A stretch of DNA of 64,000 nucleotides, taken from assembly GCA_046292385.1 (NCBI GenBank), contig JBKBRF010000004.1, positions 96,001-160,000 of the forward strand, in the 5' to 3' direction. Shown here piece by piece: positions 31,161 through 41,034 of this stretch. A program made the translations under genes and the position numbers. The notes under the pieces were generated by a model, which was not told where the DNA came from, ran no database searches, and saw only the letters and a list, made by a program, of their open reading frames with translations. The stretch is from Armatimonadota bacterium (GTDB lineage: Bacteria; Armatimonadota; SYMT01). Within the stretch, counting starts at the first letter, position 1; the number at the start of each line of letters is the position of its first letter.

Positions 31161-31532
31161 CTACTCGCCGGTGGTCGTTCCGGTGTCGGTTCCGGTCGTT
31201 CCGCTATCCGTGGCGCCGCTGTCGGTCGCCGGGGGCGTGATGTTGATATCGGTGTCGCCGGCCGGGGCACCCGGGGCGCCCGGAGCACCCTGCGGTCCCG
31301 CGGGACCCTGCGGGCCCGGCACCGGCACCGGGATGATCGAAGGCGACGGACTCGGCTGCGGATTCGACGGCTGGACGATCGTCACGTCCCCGCCCCGGTC
31401 CGGGGTCTCGGCGTTGACACGCGGCTGCCACCAGGCGAAATATCCAATCAGCAGCGCGAACAGGGCTACGACCAGAACGATCGCCATGGTCCCCCACGCG
31501 GAGCTGTCATCGTCTCGATAAACTACAGGCAT
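31161..31532 (-). CDS. Small single-pass membrane protein with short collagen-like Gly-X-Y tract
   Basis: TM helix AIVLVVALFALLIGYFAWW, GPQGPAGPQGAPGAPGAP. GAGGGA upstream of ATG. Confidence 0.75.
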   Translation of the reverse strand: MPVVYRDDDSSAWGTMAIVLVVALFALLIGYFAWWQPRVNAETPDRGGDVTIVQPSNPQPSPSPSIIPVPVPGPQGPAGPQGAPGAPGAPAGDTDINITPPATDSGATDSGTTGTDTGTTTGE

Positions 31533-31705
31533 CTTGTGTTCCCTCTTTCAGAGGTCCGCCCCACGGCGGCTCCGGCCGTTGATACCCGGGCGCTGGTGGC
31601 GGTAAACGTGACCCGGAGATCAATCCGCTCCCCTCGGGACGGTGCGACTGTTTCCAGGAGAGATGCCGCTCTCTCCGGCCCTGTGGCAGTGGCGGCCCGG
31701 CTTCC

Positions 31706-32416
31706 ATGAATCCGGCCGTCCGGCTCCGAGTGGCCACCTTCAACATCCACGGCGGGCGCCCGGCCCGGGGACCGGCCGACCTGCGCGCGGTCGCCCGCGT
31801 GATCCGCGAGCTGGAAGCGGACGTGGTAGGCCTTCAGGAAGTGCACCGCTGGCTGCCGCCGCCGTACGTCTTCCGGAATCAACCTCGAATCCTCGCCTCG
31901 CTCACCGGGATGCACGTCACCTTCCGTCCCAGCTTCGCGCTGGGACCGCTGGCGTACGGCAACGCCATTCTCAGCCGGAATCGGCCGGAGCGGGCCGCGC
32001 GCGTGCGGCTGCCGGGGAGAGGGGAGCCGCGGAGCCTGCTGCACGCAGAGCTCGTGCTCGGGAGCGCCCGGTTCGCGCTGCTCTGCACCCACCTGAGCCT
32101 CCGCCCCGGCGAGCGGGAACGCCAGGCGGCCTCGATTCGAGAGTACCGCCGGCGGCTGGAGCGGCCGTCGGTGTTGCTGGCGGACCTGAATGCGCGCTCC
32201 GATTCCGAATTGGTCGCCAACCTGCACCCGGCGCCGCTTCCGCGGCCCGAGAGAGGCTATCCGCCGACCTACCCCGCGGAGAATCCGGAGTTCTGCCTCG
32301 ACTACATCCTCCCTTCGGAAGAGTGGGAGATCGAACGGTACGAGGCGGTGTCGACCGGCGTCAGCGACCATCTACCGGTAGTCGCGGAACTGGTGTGGAG
32401 GCGCCCGAACGGCTGA
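31706..32416 (+). CDS. Endonuclease/exonuclease/phosphatase family protein
   Basis: VATFNIH, DVVGLQEV, YGNAILSR, THL, DLN, LDYI, SDHLPVVA. Confidence 0.92.
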   Translation: MNPAVRLRVATFNIHGGRPARGPADLRAVARVIRELEADVVGLQEVHRWLPPPYVFRNQPRILASLTGMHVTFRPSFALGPLAYGNAILSRNRPERAARVRLPGRGEPRSLLHAELVLGSARFALLCTHLSLRPGERERQAASIREYRRRLERPSVLLADLNARSDSELVANLHPAPLPRPERGYPPTYPAENPEFCLDYILPSEEWEIERYEAVSTGVSDHLPVVAELVWRRPNG

Positions 32417-32640
32417 GACGGCGCGCCGGGAGAGGGCAGTATCCGGGCCTGCTGTCAACCGATTCGGCGTGGCAGATTGGGGCGCTGCGAGAGGCACCCA
32501 TTGCCACGAAATCGGGGTCGCGACCGAGGAGGCGTTTCGGTTACCTTAACGGAAGCTGAAGCTGTCCCGGGACCGGAGCGGCGGATGATTGCCCGCCGCC
32601 GAGAGGGTCTTCTGGACCACCGGGCGAACAGGCTTTCGCG

Positions 32641-32669
32641 TTGTGGGCGGGTCGGGCGGATGATATACT
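32641..32669 (+). promoter_or_regulatory. Putative sigma70 promoter upstream of the dnaA homologue
   Basis: TTGTGG-N17-TATACT with extended -10 TG. Confidence 0.4.
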
Positions 32670-32885
32670 CTCCGCACCGGTTCTTCTGCTCTTCGACCGG
32701 GGTGAGGCCGGTGCTCTCCGCCTTGAGCGCCGCACCCCTGGCCCCTCGGAGCGACCTCGCCGCAACCCGCGACGCGTCACTGACCGGTTCGCCCGACCCA
32801 CACTTCTGCGCGGCGCAGCCCGCGGCGGTTTTTGCGTCTGGCTCACCAGAACCGAAACCTTTCTAACGGTCTAAAAGCGTCGACG

Positions 32886-34301
32886 ATGCGCCACCAGCTC
32901 CGCCTGGAAATCGAGGAAACCGGACCGCTCCACGAGCTGTGGTCGGAGGTGCTGCAGGCTGCGGAGACGCGGCTGGGCCGGGAGTCGGTGGAGAGCTGGC
33001 TTAAGGACACGGGGCCCGTCTCCCTGGAAGAAGGGGTGCTGACGATCGGCGCTCCGAACAGCACCGCGCGCACCTGGATCGAGAAGAAGTACGCCGGGGT
33101 CCTCGCCGAGGTGCTGGAGCAGGTCCACGGCGAGTCCGCCCGGATCGCGGTGGTAGTCCGCTCCCGCAAGAAGGGGGCCGAGCCGTCGCAGGCCGCCGCC
33201 GCTCCCAAGGCCGCTCCCGCGCCGCCGGCGCAGCCCGCGCGCCCCGTGCCGTCGCCGCTCTTCGCGCCGCTGCCGCTGAACGAGAAATACACCTTCGAGA
33301 ACTACGTGGTGGGGCAGTCGAACCGCTTCGCCCACGCGGCGGCCGCGGCGGTGGCGGACCGGCCCGGGCGCGAGTTCAACCCCCTCTTCATCTACGGCGG
33401 GGTCGGCCTCGGCAAGACCCACCTGCTCCAGGCGATCGGCCACGGCCTGCGCGCGAAGAACCCGCGCGCCCGGGTCGCCTACGTCTCCGGCGAGACGTTT
33501 ACCAGCCACTTCATCACCAGCCTGCGTGAGCACCGGGAAGAGGAGTTCCGACGGGCCTACCGGGGGGTCGACATCTGGTTGGTGGACGATATCCAGTTCA
33601 TCGCGGACAAGACCAGCACCAAGGAAGAGTTCTTCCACACCTTCAACGAGCTCTACCTGACGAACCGGCAGATCGTGCTCGCGTCCGACCGCCCCCCGCG
33701 CGAGCTGCGGCTGATGGAAGACCGCCTCCGGACCCGCCTGGAATCGGGTCTGCTGGTGGAGATCGCGGCGCCCGAGCTGGAGACCCGCATGGCGATCCTG
33801 CAGAAACGGGCGGAGCTGGAAGGGGCGGACGTGCCGCCGGAGCTGGTCTACCAGATCGCGCGGACCGTCACCACGAACGTCCGCGTGCTGGAGGCGGCGC
33901 TCATCCGCATGCTCGCGCTCGCCTCCCTCAACAACTGCGGCCTCACCCCGGAGCTCGCCGGCCGGGCCCTGGCGGCCTTCGTGCAGGAGAGCCAGATCGC
34001 CGCCGTCAGCCTCCTCGCCATCCAGCGAGCCGTCTCCGAGCAGTTCAAGGTGCCGGAGCAGGAGCTGACCGGACCCCGGCGCGACCGCCACACCAGCCTG
34101 GCGCGGCAGGTGGCGATGTACCTGATGCGCGAGCTGACCCGCAAGTCGCTCTCCGAGATCGGAGAAGCGTTCGGCGGGAAGTCGCATTCTACCGTGCTCT
34201 ACTCCTGCTCCAAGCTGGAGAAGGAGATGCAGCAGGACCCCTCGCTGCAGACCCTGGTCCGCGCCCTCCGCACCCGCATCGCCGGCCACGCCGGGGAGTG
34301 A
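32886..34301 (+). CDS. dnaA: Chromosomal replication initiator DnaA homologue (probable paralogue)
   Basis: LNEKYTFENYVVGQSN, NPLFIYGGVGLGKTHLLQAIG, DDIQF, EEFFHTFN, RQVAMYLMRELT, SLSEIG..FGG. Confidence 0.92.
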   Translation: MRHQLRLEIEETGPLHELWSEVLQAAETRLGRESVESWLKDTGPVSLEEGVLTIGAPNSTARTWIEKKYAGVLAEVLEQVHGESARIAVVVRSRKKGAEPSQAAAAPKAAPAPPAQPARPVPSPLFAPLPLNEKYTFENYVVGQSNRFAHAAAAAVADRPGREFNPLFIYGGVGLGKTHLLQAIGHGLRAKNPRARVAYVSGETFTSHFITSLREHREEEFRRAYRGVDIWLVDDIQFIADKTSTKEEFFHTFNELYLTNRQIVLASDRPPRELRLMEDRLRTRLESGLLVEIAAPELETRMAILQKRAELEGADVPPELVYQIARTVTTNVRVLEAALIRMLALASLNNCGLTPELAGRALAAFVQESQIAAVSLLAIQRAVSEQFKVPEQELTGPRRDRHTSLARQVAMYLMRELTRKSLSEIGEAFGGKSHSTVLYSCSKLEKEMQQDPSLQTLVRALRTRIAGHAGE

Positions 34302-34411
34302 CGAGCCCTTTCGCAGGGCGGAGTGCAGAGCACGGAGTGCGGAATTCCGAACCTCCGGCACGGGGGAGCCACTTGCTCGCGTGGAACTACGCCGGTTCGG
34401 ACCGCCTTCTT

Positions 34412-34502
34412 GAGTAAGAGTGGGAGAACGAGTAGCGGCAAAGCCCGCCTGGCAGTTCATCTCCGTATCTCCAACTCATCCCCCTATCTCCTCTTCTTAC
34501 AC
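34412..34502. repeat. Dispersed intergenic repeat, copy 2
   Basis: Similar to 29523-29617. Confidence 0.6.
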
Positions 34503-34610
34503 AGGTTCGGCTCTGTCCCTTATCCGTCCGAAGTCCCGTGATACGATTGGAAGGACTACGGTGGGGGAGTGCTCCGGCACGAGAGTCTCCCCACTGCAAG
34601 GAGACTTTCC

Positions 34611-35780
<1,170 letters not shown>

Positions 35781-35788
35781 GAGCGAAC

Positions 35789-36664
35789 ATGTCCGTTTGG
35801 GTTAACCGCGATACTCGCGTTGTGGTCCAGGGAATCACCGGCAGCGCCGGCTCCTTCCACGCGCGCCAGATGCTGGAGTACGGGACCGCCGTGGTCGCCG
35901 GCGTCACGCCGGGCAAGGGCGGCACGCAATTCGAGGACCGGGTGCCAATCTTCAACACCGTCCGCGAGGCGGTGCAGGAGACCGGCGCCAACGCCAGCGT
36001 GGTCTTTGTCCCGCCGCCGTTCGCCGCCGACGCCATCCTCGAGGCGGCCGATGCCGGCGTCGGCCTCTGCGTGGTGATCACCGAAGGCATTCCGGTGCTC
36101 GACATGGTCCGCGTGAAGCGGGCTCTCTCCGACTCGCCGATGCGCTACATCGGCCCGAACTGCCCCGGCATCATCACCCCCGGCGAGTGCAAGATCGGCA
36201 TCATGCCGGGCCACATCCACAAGCCGGGCGACATCGGCGTGGTCAGCCGCTCCGGCACGCTCACCTACGAGGCGGTCGACCAGCTCACCCGCCTCGGCCT
36301 GGGGCAGAGCACCGCCATCGGCATCGGCGGCGACCCGGTGAACGGTACCAACTTCATCGACGCCCTCGCCGCCTTCGAGAACGATCCCGGCACCCGCGCG
36401 ATCATCATGATCGGCGAGATCGGGGGCACGGCGGAAGAGGAAGCGGCCGCCTGGGCGCAGGAGAACGTGACGAAGCCGATCGTCGCCTTCATCGCCGGCC
36501 AGACCGCCCCGCCCGGACGGCGGATGGGCCACGCGGGCGCCATCATCGCCGGCGGCAAGGGCACGGCGGCGGAGAAGATGCGGGCGCTGCGAGAGGCCGG
36601 CATCACGGTAGTCGAGAGCCCGGCCGACATGGGCTCCACGCTCGCCGCGCGGCTGCAGTCCTGA
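35789..36664 (+). CDS. sucD: Succinyl-CoA synthetase alpha subunit
   Basis: [39 protein letters not shown]. Confidence 0.97.
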   Translation: MSVWVNRDTRVVVQGITGSAGSFHARQMLEYGTAVVAGVTPGKGGTQFEDRVPIFNTVREAVQETGANASVVFVPPPFAADAILEAADAGVGLCVVITEGIPVLDMVRVKRALSDSPMRYIGPNCPGIITPGECKIGIMPGHIHKPGDIGVVSRSGTLTYEAVDQLTRLGLGQSTAIGIGGDPVNGTNFIDALAAFENDPGTRAIIMIGEIGGTAEEEAAAWAQENVTKPIVAFIAGQTAPPGRRMGHAGAIIAGGKGTAAEKMRALREAGITVVESPADMGSTLAARLQS

Positions 36665-36680
36665 TCCGAGGAGAGATTGA

Positions 36681-37697
36681 ATGGCTTACCTGACCGATAA
36701 GAAGGTCGCGATCATGGGAGCGGCGGGCGCCATCGGCTCCACGCTGGTGCAGGACCTGCTCTCGACCGGCACTGCGAACCACATCGCGATGTACGACCCG
36801 TTCGCGCAGGGCCTGGAAGGCGCGGCGGAAGAGATCTACCACTGCGGCTACCCCGGCCAGCGCGTCACCTGGACCACCGATCCGGCCGAGGCGCTGCGGG
36901 ACGCGGCCTACATCATCTCCTCCGGCGGCGCGCCGCGGAAGGAAGGGATGACGCGCGAGGACCTCTTGAAGGGCAACTGCGAGATCGCCAAGGGACTCGG
37001 CGAGAGCATCAAGCAGTACGCGCCGAACGCGGAGTACGTGGTGATCATCTTCAACCCGGCCGACATTACCGGCCTCACCACCCTCGTCTACTCCGGCCTC
37101 AAGCCGGGCTGCGTCAGCACGCTCGCCGCGCTCGACAGCACCCGCCTGCAGACGAAGCTGATGCAGCACTTCGGCGTGGCGCAGGACGAGGTGACCGGCT
37201 GCAAGACCTACGGCGGTCACGGCGAGAAGATGGCGGTCTTCAAGGGCGACCTGGCGATCCAGGGCGTGAAGCTGACCGACATCCTGAACGGCGGCGCGAC
37301 GGTGAACGGCCGCGGCATGTCGCAAGACGAGTGGACCGCGGTGCAGGACCACGTCCGCAGCGGCGGCGCCCGCATCATCAAGCTGCGCGGCCGCTCATCC
37401 TGGCAGAGCCCCGCCCACCAGAGCATCGAGATGCTCCGCGGCCGCATCCGGAACGGCGGCTACCCCTGGCCGTGCGGCGTCTATTTCGGCGAGGGCGAGT
37501 TCAAGAACGTGATGATGGCGGCCGACGTGGAGTTCACGCCGGACGGCATGGTCCCGCAGCCCCCGCAGGGCGATGAGGAAGACATGGCCGCGCTCCGCGA
37601 CAGCTACCATCACCTCTGCCAGCTCCGCGACCAGGTGATCGGCTTCGGGACGCTTCCGCCGGTCGACCGATGGAAAGAGCTCAACCCGCACCTCTAA
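36681..37697 (+). CDS. mdh: Malate dehydrogenase
   Basis: GAAGAIG, GAPRKEGMTREDLL (MDH Arg), NPAD, LDSTR, GGHGE. Follows sucCD. Confidence 0.9.
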   Translation: MAYLTDKKVAIMGAAGAIGSTLVQDLLSTGTANHIAMYDPFAQGLEGAAEEIYHCGYPGQRVTWTTDPAEALRDAAYIISSGGAPRKEGMTREDLLKGNCEIAKGLGESIKQYAPNAEYVVIIFNPADITGLTTLVYSGLKPGCVSTLAALDSTRLQTKLMQHFGVAQDEVTGCKTYGGHGEKMAVFKGDLAIQGVKLTDILNGGATVNGRGMSQDEWTAVQDHVRSGGARIIKLRGRSSWQSPAHQSIEMLRGRIRNGGYPWPCGVYFGEGEFKNVMMAADVEFTPDGMVPQPPQGDEEDMAALRDSYHHLCQLRDQVIGFGTLPPVDRWKELNPHL

Positions 37698-37720
37698 ACG
37701 GTGAGGTAGTGAGGAACGGG

Positions 37721-37744
37721 GAGGGCGCCGGAAGCGGCGCCCTC
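37721..37744 (+). terminator. Terminator-like hairpin after mdh
   Basis: GAGGGCGCCG-GAAG-CGGCGCCCTC followed by TTCT. Confidence 0.55.
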
Positions 37745-37803
37745 TTCTACGTACCGGCAACTTCTGCACGGGCAGCGAGTCTCTCCTGAGTGGAGGACTC
37801 CCC

Positions 37804-38448
37804 GTGAAGCCCCGGCACGCCGCCCTGCTGGTCCTGACGCTCTGCCTGGTGTGGAAGGCCTACGCCGCGCTCGCGCCTGACTTCGAACGCGACGGTCGCA
37901 CGGAGCGCGTCCTTGCCAGCCATGGCCTGCACCGGGAGCGCCTCCGCGGGGCGTCACTTCGGGGGCTGAACCTGCGGGGCCTCGACTTCTCTGGCCTCGA
38001 TCTCGATTCTGCGGATCTCCGCCGGGCCGACCTCCGCGGCGCTTCCTTCGAGGAAGCCAATCTCTCCGGAGCGCGCCTGGACGGCGCCGACCTTCGCGGA
38101 GCGAGCTTCCGCAGCACCGACTTGATCTTCACCAGCCTGGACGGGGCGGACGCTCGCGGCGCGGACCTGCGCGGCTCCTTCCTGGTGGTGACCTTCAAGG
38201 GTACCGACCTCCGCGGCGCCGACCTTCGCGTCCGAAAGATCACGAGGAACGCGGCGGATTGCGGCGCCCCATTTCAGTGCTGCAGCGGAGCCACCGACCT
38301 CCGCGGCGCCCGCTACGACGCCCGCACTCTCTTTGCACCGGAGATCAACCCGGTGCAGCGGGGGATGGTGTTCGTCTCCACCCCCCCATTAACCCTGAAG
38401 ATCGGTTCACCGCGGAGGCGTGATGAGGTTACACCGAGATGGCTGTAG
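37804..38448 (+). CDS. Secreted pentapeptide-repeat protein
   Basis: Signal peptide and many A(D/N/S)(L/F)xx repeats (ADLRG, ASFEE, ANLSG). Confidence 0.85.
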   Translation: MKPRHAALLVLTLCLVWKAYAALAPDFERDGRTERVLASHGLHRERLRGASLRGLNLRGLDFSGLDLDSADLRRADLRGASFEEANLSGARLDGADLRGASFRSTDLIFTSLDGADARGADLRGSFLVVTFKGTDLRGADLRVRKITRNAADCGAPFQCCSGATDLRGARYDARTLFAPEINPVQRGMVFVSTPPLTLKIGSPRRRDEVTPRWL

Positions 38449-38466
38449 TAAGAACGTTGTTCTTAC
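38448..38466. promoter_or_regulatory. Palindromic operator upstream of the TA pair
   Basis: GTAAGAAC-GTT-GTTCTTAC perfect 8-bp inverted repeat about 60 bp before the antitoxin start. Confidence 0.6.
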
Positions 38467-38523
38467 GGTAAGCTCTGAGTGCTACGTGAAACTCCCACCT
38501 GGGGAGACCACTCGAGAGGGGCT

Positions 38524-38823
38524 ATGATGTCGATCACACGCCGAATCCAGAAGGTGGGAAACAGTAAGGGCCTCATTCTCACGAGTGACATGCTCGCTCA
38601 CCTCGGCGTGGACGACCAGGTCACCATCACATACGAGACGGGCCGGATCGTCTTGAGCGCGCCAGCGGCTGCAGCGAGGCTGGCCCCGGGGCGTAATCGC
38701 CAGAGCAAGACAGAGGCGATGCGGGCGACATTCGACCAGTACGAAGATGCGCTTCAGCGGATGGCAGAGGTGCCGAGAGGGGGGCTTTCGATGGATGCCG
38801 CTCGGGATCAGAAGAGCGAGTGA
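38524..38823 (+). CDS. AbrB/MazE-family antitoxin
   Basis: IQKVGNSKGLIL...LGV.D.V.I....GRIVL. Overlaps the toxin by GTGA. Confidence 0.85.
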   Translation: MMSITRRIQKVGNSKGLILTSDMLAHLGVDDQVTITYETGRIVLSAPAAAARLAPGRNRQSKTEAMRATFDQYEDALQRMAEVPRGGLSMDAARDQKSE

Positions 38824-39251
38824 CTCCGGCATCCGGGGATGAGGGAGGCGAGCACCTCGGTGTCGCCTTCCTCACCGTAGCGGACGTTGTGGATCTGCAC
38901 CGCGAGGCGGTCCGCCGCTTCTCGCCGGGAGAGTCGCTGGTTCTGCGGGATCCCGGATTGCTCGAGTCGGCGGTGATGAACCCGCAGCAGACCTTTGACG
39001 GTGAGTTCCTCTACTCCTCGCTCGCAGAGATGGCCGCGGCCTATTTGATCGGGCTCGCGCTCAACCATCCCTTCGAGAACGGTAACAAGAGAGTCGCCTT
39101 CGCTGCGTGCTCCATCTTCCTTCGCATCAATGGATACCGCCTGGTGCTAAGCCAGGATGCGGCGGTGGAGCTCACTTTCAACGTGATCAATCGCGTCCTC
39201 GATCGCCCACAGATCATCCGGGTGATCGAAGACGCGATGGAAGAGCTTTGA
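38820..39251 (+). CDS. doc: Doc (Fic-family) toxin
   Basis: LRDPGLLESA, HPFENGNKR, FLRING. Confidence 0.9.
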   Translation: MTPASGDEGGEHLGVAFLTVADVVDLHREAVRRFSPGESLVLRDPGLLESAVMNPQQTFDGEFLYSSLAEMAAAYLIGLALNHPFENGNKRVAFAACSIFLRINGYRLVLSQDAAVELTFNVINRVLDRPQIIRVIEDAMEEL

Positions 39252-39280
39252 GTTGGATCCGCGTGTGGCGAAGCCTCGCG

Positions 39281-40264
39281 TCACTCGGCGCGCAGCACCT
39301 CCGGGTTGACGCAGTTCGGCGGTCGCTCGCCCTTGAGCACCGCCAGGATGTTGCGGACCGCCATCCGCGTCATGGCGGCGCGGGTGGGGCCGCTGGCGCT
39401 GCCGAGGTGGGGGAGCACGAAGATCCCGGGCGTGTGCAGGATCGGGTCGTCCGGTCGAGAGGGAGGCTCCGGATCGGTCACGTCGAGGCCGGCGCCCGCG
39501 ATCGTGCCGCTCGTGATCGCTTCCAGCAGCGCCGCCTGGTCCACCAGTCCGCCGCGTCCGGTGTTGACCAGGATGGCGGTCCGCTTCATCTGCCGCAGGC
39601 GCTCCGCGTTGATCAGGTGGCGCGTCTCCGGCGTCATCGCGCAGTGGAGGCTGACGAAGTCGCTCTCCGCCAGGAGCCGGTCCAGGGAGCTGTACTCGCA
39701 GCCGAGGGAGAACTCCAGCTCCGGCTTGCGAGTGCGGGAATGGTAGAGCACCCGCATCCCGAATCCCTGTGCCCGCCGCGCGACCGCCGCGCCGATCCGG
39801 CCCATGCCGACGATCCCGAGGGTCGCCCCGCTCACTTCCTGGCCCCACAGGAGCCCCTGCGCCCACTGCCAGCGATCTTCCCGCGCGGCGACAAGCCCCT
39901 CGCCGAAGCGGCGGGCGGCGGCGATGATCAGCCCGAAGGCGAGGTCCGCGGTGGCGTTCACCACCACGTCCGGCGTGTTCGTCACGATGACGCCGCGCGC
40001 GGTCGCGGCGGGAACCTCGATGTTGTCGTAGCCGACTCCGAAGTTCGCTACCACCTTCAGTGAGGCGCCGGCGGCGTCGAGCACCGCGGCGGAGACGCCC
40101 GCGCCGCTGACGGGAAGCAGGGCGGCGACTCCTTCGGCGTGGGTAAGCATCTCTCCCAGGGAAGGCTTCTCGGGAGCCGGGCGGACCGTCACCTCCGCCA
40201 GCTCACGGAGTGGAGCGAGCTCCGCGTCGGCCACGGGGCCGGTTACGAAGACGCGCGGCTTCAT
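39281..40264 (-). CDS. D-glycerate/glyoxylate reductase family D-2-hydroxyacid dehydrogenase
   Basis: GVGYDNI, TNTPDV, GIVGMGRIG, LVNTGRG, GAGLDV..PEP, PHLGSA. Confidence 0.92.
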   Translation of the reverse strand: MKPRVFVTGPVADAELAPLRELAEVTVRPAPEKPSLGEMLTHAEGVAALLPVSGAGVSAAVLDAAGASLKVVANFGVGYDNIEVPAATARGVIVTNTPDVVVNATADLAFGLIIAAARRFGEGLVAAREDRWQWAQGLLWGQEVSGATLGIVGMGRIGAAVARRAQGFGMRVLYHSRTRKPELEFSLGCEYSSLDRLLAESDFVSLHCAMTPETRHLINAERLRQMKRTAILVNTGRGGLVDQAALLEAITSGTIAGAGLDVTDPEPPSRPDDPILHTPGIFVLPHLGSASGPTRAAMTRMAVRNILAVLKGERPPNCVNPEVLRAE

Positions 40265-40307
40265 TCCTGCCCTCCGGCGAGCGGGGGCACTCGATCGTTC
40301 ATCGGCA

Positions 40308-40805
40308 TCAGTAGGTCCAGTCCTTGTGCTGGGCGTAGGCGAGGATTCCGAGCAGGCACTCCGCGCTCGGACGCCCGCGCGGGCCGCTCAGGATCCAGTA
40401 GCAGGAGAGGTTTCCCTGGCTGTCGATCAGGAAGACGGCGGGCGCCATGTAGTAGTGGTACGAGTCCGGGAGCTGGTGGTGCGGCTCGTAGATGCCGAGC
40501 ATCTCCCCGACCGCGCCGTCGTCGTCGATCAGAATCCGGGGCCGGATCTTGAATTGCTCCCGGAAGATCCGGTGCTCCTCTCGGCCGCCGCGCAGCAGAA
40601 AGACCAGCTCCGTGTTGTTCCACTTGAAGATGTGCTGGAACGTGTCCCAGAGGGCGAACTCGCCCCGGGTGGTCGGTCAGAACTCGCCGCGGCAGGCGTG
40701 GATGATCACCATCTTGCCGCGGTAGTCGCTCAGGCGCCACTCTTCGCCGTCGGTATCCTTCAGGACGATATCGGGGACCGGCTCCCCATTCTTAAGCGAG
40801 GACAT
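40308..40805 (-). CDS. Probable selenoprotein: AhpC/TSA (peroxiredoxin/redoxin-like) protein with in-frame UGA at codon 43
   Basis: Manual translation: MSSLKNGEPVPDIVLKDTDGEEWRLSDYRGKMVIIHACRGEF-U-PTTRGEF...LIDDDGAVGEMLGI...APAVFLIDSQG...GRPS. TGA at 40677-40679. The ORF track shows only the last 64 aa. Confidence 0.82.
40646..40669 (-). promoter_or_regulatory. Candidate bacterial SECIS element
   Basis: Minus strand CCCGG-GGCG-AGTT-CGCC-CT-CTGGG hairpin, with the loop starting 16 nt after the TGA. Confidence 0.65.
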
Positions 40806-40838
40806 AGGACTCTCCGCGCGCGGCCGACCCGCGCGCCG

Positions 40839-41027
40839 TCAGGCAGATTCGGAGGGCTGCTCCGGGAGCGGGCGCAGGGCCAGGTAGCAGCTGGTGCACT
40901 TGAGGTGCTGGCGCGCGCCGCTGCCGGCAATCTCCAGCGTGCCGCAGCATTCGGGGCAGAAGTCCCGCTCCGTCAGCTCGAGCCGCACCAGCTCTCCGCG
41001 GACGATCGTCTCGGTAACGATTCTCAT
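40839..41027 (-). CDS. Small zinc-ribbon-like protein
   Basis: CPECC and CTSC pairs in 62 aa. Fills the gap between moaB and the selenoprotein on the same strand. Confidence 0.55.
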   Translation of the reverse strand: MRIVTETIVRGELVRLELTERDFCPECCGTLEIAGSGARQHLKCTSCYLALRPLPEQPSESA

Positions 41028-41034
41028 GGTCCGG

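Noticed and set aside
32416..34610. oriC next to dnaA
   Set aside because: No DnaA-box clusters or AT-rich unwinding element seen by eye in either flank, and no dnaN.
40261..40740. ORF-track calls 40261..40740 (-) and 40308..40502 (-) as separate genes, or a pseudogene
   Set aside because: The first is an out-of-frame shadow. The second is the C-terminal part of the read-through redoxin. A single TGA at the catalytic position with a downstream hairpin fits Sec better than decay.
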